This document shows positions 1 through 7,501 of a stretch of 64,000 nt of DNA, piece after piece (positions within the stretch are counted from its first letter, which is position 1; the number at the start of each line of letters is the position of its first letter). The translations under genes were made by a program, and so were the position numbers. Where the stretch lies: the sequence record MH816966. One strand, written 5' to 3'. Source of the stretch: Escherichia phage FEC19. The notes under the pieces were generated by a model. The model made no database searches, was not told the DNA's origin, and was given only the letters and a program-made list of their open reading frames with translations.

Positions 1-2
1 CT

Positions 3-311
3 ATCGTTACTCGCTTTACCCTCGAAAACGCAACCGCCGAAGTCCAGGGCGTTACGCTTACTTACGGCGAAATTCTCGCGAAATTCTCCGGCGTTCGCTT
101 AGGCGAAGAAATTAACGACGCGACGGTAATCGAGCAACTCGCTGCTTCTCGCTTAGAGCGCGACGAAAACGGATTCTTCGAAGTCGATGCGGAATTAAAT
201 TTATGCGGTAAAACGGCGTTTATTAACGAGTTCGAACTCGCCGTTTTAGTCAATTACGATAGCAAAGCTTATGCCTTCGCCCTCGAATTAATCGAAGACG
301 ACGAAGAGTAA
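3..311 (+). CDS. hypothetical protein, 5'-truncated at window edge, acidic C-terminus
   Basis: Open frame from window start to TAA at 309-311; CG-rich codon style unlike the bulk of the window. Confidence 0.45.
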   Translation: MVTRFTLENATAEVQGVTLTYGEILAKFSGVRLGEEINDATVIEQLAASRLERDENGFFEVDAELNLCGKTAFINEFELAVLVNYDSKAYAFALELIEDDEE

Positions 312-391
312 GAGAGGATTTTTAGAGCGTCGTGCGCGGCGCTTTAATAAAATTCTTTCGCGCCTAGCGCCCTAACAAATAGGAGTTTATT

Positions 392-1018
392 ATGGTTAGC
401 TTAAATCGCTTTTCTACTAGCGGCGACGTTATCGCAACTAAGACCGCCGACCTCGTTGCATTTTATAATGCAAATTCCGGCTCTAAGCCGATTAAGAAAT
501 TTGCGGACCGGCGGACCGCCGAGACTCGCGTAATCGCGCTAATCGAGTCCTTAAACGCGCTCGATGAGCCGTCCAACGAATCGCCCATCCCCGACGCGAA
601 GTCGCGTGAGGAAGTGTCCAGCGATGTAAAAACGCATAAGGCGCGTGCGGTCGTTAAAAAGGCCGAGCCGACTCAGGAAGAACTCGACGCGATGACCGAC
701 GAAGAGTATGAAGCATTCGTTAAAAGCGGCCTAAACGATAGTGCAAATTGCGTAGTGCAAAATGGAACTCCTTCCCATCGCCGTTCGAATAGCGAAGGTA
801 TTGCAAAAAGTTGGGATAATAAGGAAGTGGCGCAAAAGCGTCTCACCCGTAACGGCGTCATGGTCGAGGGAGTAGGCGAGTTCAAATCGGTCCGCGTAGC
901 GTTCGCCGCGCTGGGATTACCGGATAGCAAGCACATTCGCTTCCGCATGAAACTTAAGGAAGCTGGACGCTTGAACTTTGAGTTCGGCAACAAGTCCTAC
1001 ACCTTCCAGATCATCTAA
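392..1018 (+). CDS. hypothetical protein
   Basis: 208-aa ORF with AGGAG RBS at 379-383; contains two ATAGTGCAAAT-type motif copies in frame. Confidence 0.5.
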   Translation: MVSLNRFSTSGDVIATKTADLVAFYNANSGSKPIKKFADRRTAETRVIALIESLNALDEPSNESPIPDAKSREEVSSDVKTHKARAVVKKAEPTQEELDAMTDEEYEAFVKSGLNDSANCVVQNGTPSHRRSNSEGIAKSWDNKEVAQKRLTRNGVMVEGVGEFKSVRVAFAALGLPDSKHIRFRMKLKEAGRLNFEFGNKSYTFQII

Positions 1019-1023
1019 TCGAA

Positions 1024-1046
1024 TGGCGGCCCTTCGGGGTCGCTTT
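1024..1046 (+). terminator. stem-loop (TTCG loop) followed by T-run, putative intrinsic terminator after ORF 392..1018
   Basis: ggcccttcggggtc hairpin then gcttttc. Confidence 0.45.
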
Positions 1047-1068
1047 TCATAGTGCAAATTGGTGGCTT

Positions 1069-1332
1069 ATGAATACGCTTATTCTTATCGCTACGTTGTC
1101 CATCGGAAGCGGTCGCACCTTATCCCTTTACGACCATAGTGCAAATTGCGTTTACCCAACGCGCGTTGCGGCGATAGTTAATAGTGCAAATCGAATGCTA
1201 TTCGAGACTTGTTGGCGGGTTGATAACGAGAAAGGACGCATCGTCTTAGGTTATAGTGCAAATCTGCTGGTGGAGTCGTTCGACTGGACGGCTGAAGGTC
1301 GTAAATTGTTACGTAAAGTGACTAAAAGATGA
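1069..1332 (+). CDS. questionable ORF overlapping the motif array (three in-frame copies encode H/N/Y-S-A-N)
   Basis: 87-aa ORF; the DNA-level identity of the repeats suggests the region may be non-coding. Confidence 0.2.
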   Translation: MNTLILIATLSIGSGRTLSLYDHSANCVYPTRVAAIVNSANRMLFETCWRVDNEKGRIVLGYSANLLVESFDWTAEGRKLLRKVTKR

Positions 1333-1391
1333 CTTATAATAATACACTTTCTAACGCGTTTATGGTTGCAACCTTCCCAGTCGTATTACCG

Positions 1392-1431
1392 ATGGCCCTA
1401 GAAGTGGAGAAAACGTGTTCTAGGGCCATTT
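1392..1431. terminator. perfect 10-bp inverted repeat hairpin (ggccctagaa / ttctagggcc) between converging units, T-run on plus side
   Basis: Inverted repeat read directly; followed by attttat. Confidence 0.5.
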
Positions 1432-1446
1432 TATAGTGCAAATTGG

Positions 1447-1920
1447 CTAGTGGCGGGAGAATTGCTCACCCTCTTTGGCCGCCTCTCCAAAATCCTTGTA
1501 GAAATCATCCATGGAACGGCCCATTTTACTATTGCCGTTTTCATCAATCATTGTGATGCCGTAGATGATATTCAGTTCACGAATGGCATTAAGCTTGGCT
1601 GACGCCGCGACTTCTGGATCACGCACAAGCTTCACTAAATTGTGGATGGAACTCTTTACGCTCCACAATTCTTTCAATGGCATCTCTTCCATACGCTTTT
1701 TGTAGCGCATCTTGTAGTACGGATTGCGCTGAGTGCAGAGGATTCGCTGGCCAGTGTAGTTATCGGTCGCAACCTCCATGCCAAATACTAGTGCAAAAGC
1801 TGCGCGCATGTCATGTCCCTGAATAACAAGGTCAATGAACTCATCGAATAACGCCTGATTATGCTCTGCAAATCGTGGGTCTTCAAAGTCTTCAGGCATT
1901 GCTACATAATCTTGACTCAT
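1447..1920 (-). CDS. hypothetical protein (start moved to internal Met MSQDYV)
   Basis: ORF 1447..2115 trimmed; sigma70-like promoter (TTGAAT / TGTATAAT) at ~1965-1995 lies inside the longer ORF. Confidence 0.5.
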   Translation of the reverse strand: MSQDYVAMPEDFEDPRFAEHNQALFDEFIDLVIQGHDMRAAFALVFGMEVATDNYTGQRILCTQRNPYYKMRYKKRMEEMPLKELWSVKSSIHNLVKLVRDPEVAASAKLNAIRELNIIYGITMIDENGNSKMGRSMDDFYKDFGEAAKEGEQFSRH

Positions 1921-2139
1921 AGTGCAAATCCCATAGTGCAAATTAATAGTGTGAATTATACAATGATTGAACATTATATTCAAGTGCAGATTGATGTTCA
2001 AATTGGCTGTAAACGTACATAAATCATAGTGCTGAATGAATATCGGACCGTGGTGCGTGGTGTACTGTTTGATACGTATAAAAGAAATCCATCCCTTTCG
2101 CCGCTTGTTATGCAAATCAATGACTTAGCCGCAGCTGGC

Positions 2140-2450
2140 TGGTTGAAGCGTATCATGACGTATCATCCGTATCGCCGCAAGTCTTTGTTTTTATTTATAT
2201 CTTACGGATAATACGTATAAATATAAGTTTAGTATAAGTATGAGGATGTAGAAAAAAATTAATTTAAATTAATTCAAAATGGAGTTAATTGTTTTTTTCA
2301 AAGTTGTATAAAGTATAGCGGCGACGCGTATCATCCGTATCATCCGTAAGATGTACCACTGAACCCAGTCGCGGCGCACCATAGAAGTGTGTGGAGTGAA
2401 CTACGGATAGGTCCAAATCTTACGTCATTATACGCTTAAATTCTATGCGT
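2140..2450. repeat. composite intergenic element copy 1: multiple TACGGATGA/TCATCCGTA 9-mers in both orientations, AT-rich palindromic core, GCGTATAATGACGTA box
   Basis: A ~45-bp block (ataaagtat.gcgg..acgcgtatcatccgtatcatccgtaagat) is near-identical to 54420-54468. Confidence 0.8.
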
Positions 2451-2720
2451 AAGGTTAGCCAGCTAACTATATCTCCTTTTTAATTTCAAGCGGCAATCCC
2501 AGAGACGGCGCAGCCTACAGGCCCACACACCACGGTACACGCCCCAAAACCTAGTGATTCCCTCTCCAATACCACAACACCACAGTACAATATTCTTCCA
2601 AATTCGCACACATATTCAAGACACAAAAATCACGTCACAATACTCACACCCCCACCATCCTCTAATAGATTTACACAAATCAATCGCTTTATCCGATAAT
2701 AAAGACTCACAAGCAACAAG

Positions 2721-2744
2721 CAAACAAAAAGGGCCAATCGGCCC
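2721..2744 (-). terminator. intrinsic terminator after gene 2763..3215
   Basis: gggccaatcggccc hairpin; minus strand reads hairpin then tttttgttt. Confidence 0.6.
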
Positions 2745-2762
2745 TCTTAACATTAATCACTA

Positions 2763-3215
2763 TTAAAATATAAAATTCTTCACTCCAAGCCTTTTAAATT
2801 CCTTCCTTATCATCATATTAAACTTCTTCAATTTAGTTTTATTCATCCTTAAAGGATTGTAAGTGAGTACCTCTTCTATTACTTCCTTACGCATCTTTGA
2901 GCGCATATTAGTTAAGTAATAATTCTTGAACATATTAATAAGGTGATTGGCTTCCAGCTTAAGCTCAATTACTTCTTCCGATTCATCAAGCTCAAGTAAT
3001 CCTTTTTGCGTAAGAATATCTCTTAATATATTCTGGCACTTCTTGCAATCACCTTTACCTAAAAGCGAATCGATATAATCGCCGCTGACGCGCTCATCAC
3101 CGAAATATGTTGCGCGACCGCAAAGGCTTTGCACTTCTCCTTCGTCAAAGTAATGCGCACGATGGCCCCACTTCGGTATGGCCCAACCAGCGGCGATAAG
3201 CTTGTTACCCATCAC
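2763..3215 (-). CDS. hypothetical early protein
   Basis: 150-aa ORF in tightly packed minus-strand operon. Confidence 0.5.
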   Translation of the reverse strand: MMGNKLIAAGWAIPKWGHRAHYFDEGEVQSLCGRATYFGDERVSGDYIDSLLGKGDCKKCQNILRDILTQKGLLELDESEEVIELKLEANHLINMFKNYYLTNMRSKMRKEVIEEVLTYNPLRMNKTKLKKFNMMIRKEFKRLGVKNFIF

Positions 3216-3637
3216 CCCTCCTTAACGACGCGATAAGCAATGATGTCGCTGCCCTTTAACGCGCCTATATGGCCCCAGTGAAGATGGTCAGAGAGTCTTG
3301 ACAGTACTTTATCTCCTCCATTGCGCAGCTTGTATTCAACCATCTTCCCAGGCACCGGATTATTGCCACCAAACCACACGGTCCACGCTTCCTCCTTCGG
3401 CGCATCAACGTCCACGCCTATAGTAGCAACAACGTCATGCAACTGCTTAACGAGCGCCGATGCATCACGGACCTGCGAGCGTAATGCAACCAACTCGCGT
3501 TGCGCTTCACTGTATTTCGCTTCCAGCGCGGCGTAGTCCTCATATGCAACAAAACGTCCTTCGTGACTTTCTGGAACAGGAGTGATGTCGAAATCTTCTG
3601 TCGCCACATCGTATGTCAGGTCATAACGTTGTATCAT
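3212..3637 (-). CDS. hypothetical early protein; C-terminal domain paralogous to 4841..5341
   Basis: Shared C-terminal W.GG.NPVPGK...IIAYRVV motif. Confidence 0.55.
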   Translation of the reverse strand: MIQRYDLTYDVATEDFDITPVPESHEGRFVAYEDYAALEAKYSEAQRELVALRSQVRDASALVKQLHDVVATIGVDVDAPKEEAWTVWFGGNNPVPGKMVEYKLRNGGDKVLSRLSDHLHWGHIGALKGSDIIAYRVVKEG

Positions 3638-3854
3638 TTAACTTCTCCAAAATTTCAATAGCGATTTGCGTTTGCTTCTCAAGAGCAAGACGCAACATGT
3701 CAATTTGCAAGTCACGATGGGCCAGTTCAGCAGCGATGTCCGCCTTGCTGTAAAGTCCTTCATGCGTCATGGCAAAGATGTGGCGCGTATAATAGCCGCC
3801 CTCGTCGAGTTGCTCGATGTCACGCTGCCCGACTGCGTATTGCTTATCGGTCAT
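3621..3854 (-). CDS. hypothetical early protein
   Basis: 77-aa ORF, operon packing. Confidence 0.4.
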   Translation of the reverse strand: MTDKQYAVGQRDIEQLDEGGYYTRHIFAMTHEGLYSKADIAAELAHRDLQIDMLRLALEKQTQIAIEILEKLNDTTL

Positions 3855-4183
3855 GATGCATCCTTAGTTGGATAGAATTTAGGGTTGTTCTTATAGAATG
3901 CCTTGAGCCATGCCTTTGCTTCGGCGATGCTGCTGAACTCTTCCTTGGAGAGTCCGGTGCGGTCCTCGCCTGCGACCTTGAAATGGATGCGCACCTTGAG
4001 CCGAAGGTTGGTTGCTCTCGCGTAGTGGCCTTCATAGCCGTCATGGTTGAGACTTACTATCGCGGCGAGCATCTCGCAATCTTCTTTATCGGGATTGCCG
4101 CTGTAACAAGTCGGCCAGCCGCGACGTTGGAATGACCTGTATTGGCCTGTTGGCTCAGGGTCCACGTACCATTTCAATTTCAT
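3851..4183 (-). CDS. hypothetical early protein
   Basis: 110-aa ORF, start overlaps upstream stop. Confidence 0.5.
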   Translation of the reverse strand: MKLKWYVDPEPTGQYRSFQRRGWPTCYSGNPDKEDCEMLAAIVSLNHDGYEGHYARATNLRLKVRIHFKVAGEDRTGLSKEEFSSIAEAKAWLKAFYKNNPKFYPTKDAS

Positions 4184-4503
4184 TCGAATTTCTCCGTTTC
4201 TTTAATGCACTGTAACACTTCTTCAAGGCCCACTTCAACTTGAACATCGCTGTGACGCATCTCATCAATGAAGTCATCTTCACAGCGTATCGGGTTGTGC
4301 ATCGTTAATATTTCAAATACCTTGACGTGACTTACCAAAGGCAGAAGGTGCTTCCTTACTAGTTTGATCAAAACATCGTGGGAGTCTTTGTCTTTTAATT
4401 CTGATTCAATATTGTTTTCTTCACAGAAAAGTGACACAATGTCGCCATCCATGAATCCGAACTTAGATGCAAGCGAACGCGCCTGCAAGTGAAGAGTTTT
4501 CAT
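4180..4503 (-). CDS. hypothetical early protein
   Basis: 107-aa ORF, overlapping start/stop with neighbours. Confidence 0.5.
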   Translation of the reverse strand: MKTLHLQARSLASKFGFMDGDIVSLFCEENNIESELKDKDSHDVLIKLVRKHLLPLVSHVKVFEILTMHNPIRCEDDFIDEMRHSDVQVEVGLEEVLQCIKETEKFE

Positions 4504-4841
4504 TTGACCTTCTCCAATTGGAATCTTGCTTCTGGAAAGCCTGCGACAAACATGTCACGGCCCTCGACATCACGCTTCACGAACCAACGCATTCCGCTGA
4601 CTACCGTGAAGACAATTTGCCTTCCATCAATAATAAGTCCTTTTGCCTCATAAAGCAAATAAGTCTGACCGACTTTGAAGCTTAACATATCCTTGCTTGT
4701 GCTGGTGCACTTGAGCCGCCACTGGGTGAGATTTGATTCGCTTGCTTCGATGTCAACAACCTTACCGCGCAGCGACGATGTGCGCTGAAGCTCTTGCATT
4801 TGCTCGTCGAACGTGAGTTCACGGCCTTCTTGCTCTTCCAT
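4500..4841 (-). CDS. hypothetical early protein
   Basis: 113-aa ORF. Confidence 0.5.
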   Translation of the reverse strand: MEEQEGRELTFDEQMQELQRTSSLRGKVVDIEASESNLTQWRLKCTSTSKDMLSFKVGQTYLLYEAKGLIIDGRQIVFTVVSGMRWFVKRDVEGRDMFVAGFPEARFQLEKVK

Positions 4842-5341
4842 TATTCCTCCACGACGCGATAAGCAATGATGTCATAAACGCTTCCGTTGTGCTGCCACAG
4901 CCATCCTTCTGAATTGGATGAATAAGAAGACTTCTCTTCATTCCTCCACATCAACATGACCTTCTTACCAGGCACCGGATTCTTGCCGCCAGCCCATTCA
5001 ATCCAACCTTCATGAGATTCTTCGGGCTTCTTCAAGTGCTCATGCTTCTCACCGATGTGGGCGACAGGTTGACGGCTTCCGTAATAGAATGCCAACGCAA
5101 CGTCGTAGGATGGATGGGTGTTGGATAAGCAAATGTCATCACACCAAAGCTCCATGGTGCGCGACTTAAGCGTCATCATATTAGTATACCACTCGATGGT
5201 GTAGTGGTCGTTAAGGTTGCCGACAATATAGAAGTTGCGGCAAAAGTGCGCAGCGTCATCCGACTTCTCGCGGCTATAGCTTCTGATTGCGCCTGCCTTT
5301 ACAGCCATTTCCAATACTGCTTCGAGTTGTTCGATTTTCAT
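4841..5341 (-). CDS. hypothetical early protein; C-terminal domain paralogous to 3212..3637
   Basis: C-terminus WAGGKNPVPGKKV...DIIAYRVVEE. Confidence 0.55.
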   Translation of the reverse strand: MKIEQLEAVLEMAVKAGAIRSYSREKSDDAAHFCRNFYIVGNLNDHYTIEWYTNMMTLKSRTMELWCDDICLSNTHPSYDVALAFYYGSRQPVAHIGEKHEHLKKPEESHEGWIEWAGGKNPVPGKKVMLMWRNEEKSSYSSNSEGWLWQHNGSVYDIIAYRVVEE

Positions 5342-5583
5342 TTCTTTACTCCTAGTTCAATTTGATAGCCGATTGACAATTCATTTTCGCCGATGTTGAA
5401 TGCATCAACGGGCTGCGACATCACCGCCTTTAAATATACCTTCTTGCGCCGCTTTGCCTTGTACAAACAACGGTCGCCGCTGCGGTTGTAGATGTTAAGC
5501 CAGGTGCGCTTACTGATCTTATAAGGCACATGCGGCTTGATGAATAATAAACGGGCCTTAAGATTGGATGTCATAGTATTCAC
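5338..5583 (-). CDS. hypothetical early protein (basic)
   Basis: 81-aa ORF. Confidence 0.4.
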   Translation of the reverse strand: MNTMTSNLKARLLFIKPHVPYKISKRTWLNIYNRSGDRCLYKAKRRKKVYLKAVMSQPVDAFNIGENELSIGYQIELGVKK

Positions 5584-5882
5584 TTCCCTCCAAACGTTGC
5601 AACACGGATGTCGCGACGCGAAAAAGTCAGAACAGTGTCAAGGCTGCCAGCACAGGTTATGAATATATCGTCTGCAACAAGGTCATACCCGCCGACGCAA
5701 AGAATAAATGTGTCATCGCTATTCTTTAATAGCATGATTGCTGCAACACCGTCCTTTTTATTCTTAAAGAAGAATACTGGCTCACCGCCTTCTTGCGTCT
5801 CCTTGAACTCTTTAATTGCACCACAGTTCACGGCTTCTTGCAAAGCATTCAAAACCTTTTTCTTCATTGCTTCGTTACTCAT
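5580..5882 (-). CDS. hypothetical early protein (start at internal Met MSNEAM)
   Basis: AAAGGAGA RBS 7 nt upstream of ATG at 5880-5882; the longer ORF would overlap the promoter. Confidence 0.5.
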   Translation of the reverse strand: MSNEAMKKKVLNALQEAVNCGAIKEFKETQEGGEPVFFFKNKKDGVAAIMLLKNSDDTFILCVGGYDLVADDIFITCAGSLDTVLTFSRRDIRVATFGGK

Positions 5883-5910
5883 AATCAATTCTCCTTTGCT
5901 TGATGAACTA

Positions 5911-5957
5911 AGTATAATACAGGCAAATAAAAAGGCAAGCATTTAGCTCACCTTTTT
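5911..5957 (-). promoter_or_regulatory. terminator-promoter cassette copy A: hairpin plus U-run after gene 5961..6221, overlapping sigma70-like promoter (TTGCCT-16-TATACT)
   Basis: 28-bp core aaaaggcaagcatttagctcaccttttt identical to 7470-7497. Confidence 0.6.
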
Positions 5958-5960
5958 GAA

Positions 5961-6221
5961 TTAAATATTCTTCGCCTCTTCGTGGAGGCCGACCGACCTT
6001 AGTTTTCGTCGCAAGTAAGCTTTCTTTTCACTCTCCCGCCCGGCTGGAGTCACGCGCCAGCGTAATGTGTTCTCCAGATTCTTGCGTCGGTTGTGCTTGT
6101 CGAGTAGCTCTACCAGTGCCTTTGCGTCGTCGAGTGTTAATGCCACGGGCCGCGACCCATTAACGGCTTGTCGAAGCTTCCGCGCGGCAACGGCTAACTT
6201 AGTCATCGGACCTTTGTTCAC
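5961..6221 (-). CDS. hypothetical early protein (basic)
   Basis: 86-aa ORF. Confidence 0.5.
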   Translation of the reverse strand: MNKGPMTKLAVAARKLRQAVNGSRPVALTLDDAKALVELLDKHNRRKNLENTLRWRVTPAGRESEKKAYLRRKLRSVGLHEEAKNI

Positions 6222-6613
6222 GGCAACTCCTTATTCATAGGCGTGATAGACAACACCTTTACGTCTGTGATGTCACGGTTGTATTCGCGCTTGATTTGTA
6301 GAATCTGGGATTGGATGCGCGCGATAAAGTGCCACGTGATGCCTTCCTTAACGTTAATCCAGGCCGCAAGCTGAATTGAATCGATTTCACTTCTCAATGT
6401 CATCGGTCTGTAAGCAGCACTTTGTGCACCATAAGCAGGCTGTGTATCGTAAGCTGAATACTTGAATGACACCAAGAACATTCTTTCTTCAAGCTGACTC
6501 TCGCTATTAGGATTCTTATCACAATTAGCCATGTGTCGCAAGAACTCTTCATGCGGAAGATGCATCACATCGTGACAATACGGACAACGTTTCATTCTCA
6601 TTTTACACCTCAT
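6218..6613 (-). CDS. hypothetical Cys/His zinc-finger-like protein, paralog of 6603..6887
   Basis: N-terminal CPYCHDVMHLPHEEFLRHMANC motif. Confidence 0.5.
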   Translation of the reverse strand: MRCKMRMKRCPYCHDVMHLPHEEFLRHMANCDKNPNSESQLEERMFLVSFKYSAYDTQPAYGAQSAAYRPMTLRSEIDSIQLAAWINVKEGITWHFIARIQSQILQIKREYNRDITDVKVLSITPMNKELP

Positions 6614-6887
6614 GCAAGAAAGACAAAGATTTGATGCAGACTATTTCTTTTCCAGATACTTCCTTTATTGTATCCAGCAGGCTTTCATACGCCTTTTTGG
6701 TGATCACCATTTCTTTCGTGGTAACGATTCCTGTTGCGCCTGAGCCGTCGTCTGCTTCCGCGTGATAATGATAATAGTAACGCGTCGAATTTTCAGGATT
6801 AGCTTCACAAACGTTAACGTGATGTAAATATTCTTCAACAGGAAGTCGCATAGTTAACAAGCAATGTGGGCAGCGTTGCACCTTCAT
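6603..6887 (-). CDS. hypothetical Cys/His zinc-finger-like protein, paralog of 6218..6613
   Basis: N-terminal RCPHCLLTMRLPVEEYLHHVNVCE motif. Confidence 0.5.
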   Translation of the reverse strand: MKVQRCPHCLLTMRLPVEEYLHHVNVCEANPENSTRYYYHYHAEADDGSGATGIVTTKEMVITKKAYESLLDTIKEVSGKEIVCIKSLSFLHEV

Positions 6888-7120
6888 TTTGCATACTCCA
6901 TAGCATATTGCTGCAGCTTAAACGCAGCCTTTTGTAATTGTTTGTGACGTTCAAATAACGTCTCACGCTTTTCAGCAGGGCAATCGGCGCGAAGCATTGT
7001 TATGGCAACGCTTGACATAGCATTCAATAAAAACTGAAAACGAGACACCATTCTCAGCTCATTACGCTTGTTGAAAGACAGCTTACCCAGCGCGGCATTC
7101 ATAATTGCACCTCGACACAC
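6884..7120 (-). CDS. hypothetical early protein
   Basis: 78-aa ORF. Confidence 0.4.
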   Translation of the reverse strand: MCRGAIMNAALGKLSFNKRNELRMVSRFQFLLNAMSSVAITMLRADCPAEKRETLFERHKQLQKAAFKLQQYAMEYAK

Positions 7121-7416
7121 GATTCACTAGCCTTGAATCCCCAGCCTTCCAGACCGACTTCGCCGCAGTAACGCGCCATTGCACGCTCATCCAAGAACCA
7201 ACCGTGATATTGCTCTATGTACTTTGGTTTTTCTGAATAACAGTGAATGACTCCGTCGTCATCAATGGCCACGTAACGCGTGCCAGGCGCGACTGGTACA
7301 ACTACGTTTGGGTGGACGATTGGCCAAGGCTTGATGTGTACGGCTGTGTCTAACTTAACGTTTGGCACCCTTGAAAGGTCTTTGTAAGCGCCCTCGTCCA
7401 TTCCTAAGTAAATCAT
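7099..7416 (-). CDS. hypothetical early protein
   Basis: 105-aa ORF immediately downstream of cassette copy B. Confidence 0.5.
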   Translation of the reverse strand: MIYLGMDEGAYKDLSRVPNVKLDTAVHIKPWPIVHPNVVVPVAPGTRYVAIDDDGVIHCYSEKPKYIEQYHGWFLDERAMARYCGEVGLEGWGFKASESCVEVQL

Positions 7417-7448
7417 AATTCACCTCGCTTGTTAGTCTTGATGAAAAG

Positions 7449-7497
7449 AGTATAAGTATTGATAAAAGAAAAGGCAAGCATTTAGCTCACCTTTTTG
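7449..7497 (-). promoter_or_regulatory. terminator-promoter cassette copy B (TTGCCT-17-TATACT)
   Basis: Same hairpin core as copy A, directly after stop of gene 7502..7834. Confidence 0.6.
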
Positions 7498-7501
7498 ATA
7501 T

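Larger units (their letters stand above)
738..1945 (+). repeat. dispersed family of (C)ATAGTGCAAAT(Y) 11-13-mers, at least 9 same-orientation copies (738, 753 variant, 1049, 1136, 1181, 1253, 1433, 1919, 1933)
   Basis: Exact 11-mer recurs; six copies share the same phase modulo 3; the copy at 1919 overlaps the ATG of the minus-strand gene 1447..1920. Confidence 0.8.

Noticed and set aside
1380-1400. T7-like promoter (ggtaatacgactggg on the minus strand resembles TAATACGACT)
   Set aside because: Only the first 10 nt match, the CACTATAGGG core is absent at that site, and no single-subunit RNA polymerase gene is present in the window.
738-1945. CRISPR array
   Set aside because: The repeated unit is only 11-13 bp, spacing is irregular (13 to ~300 bp) and copies lie inside ORFs; this does not fit the repeat-spacer geometry of CRISPR.
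2554-2766. 70-aa plus-strand ORF in the CA-rich tract
   Set aside because: Its composition (H/P/T/Q-rich) derives from the G-depleted DNA; it has no RBS and lies in an otherwise regulatory gap.
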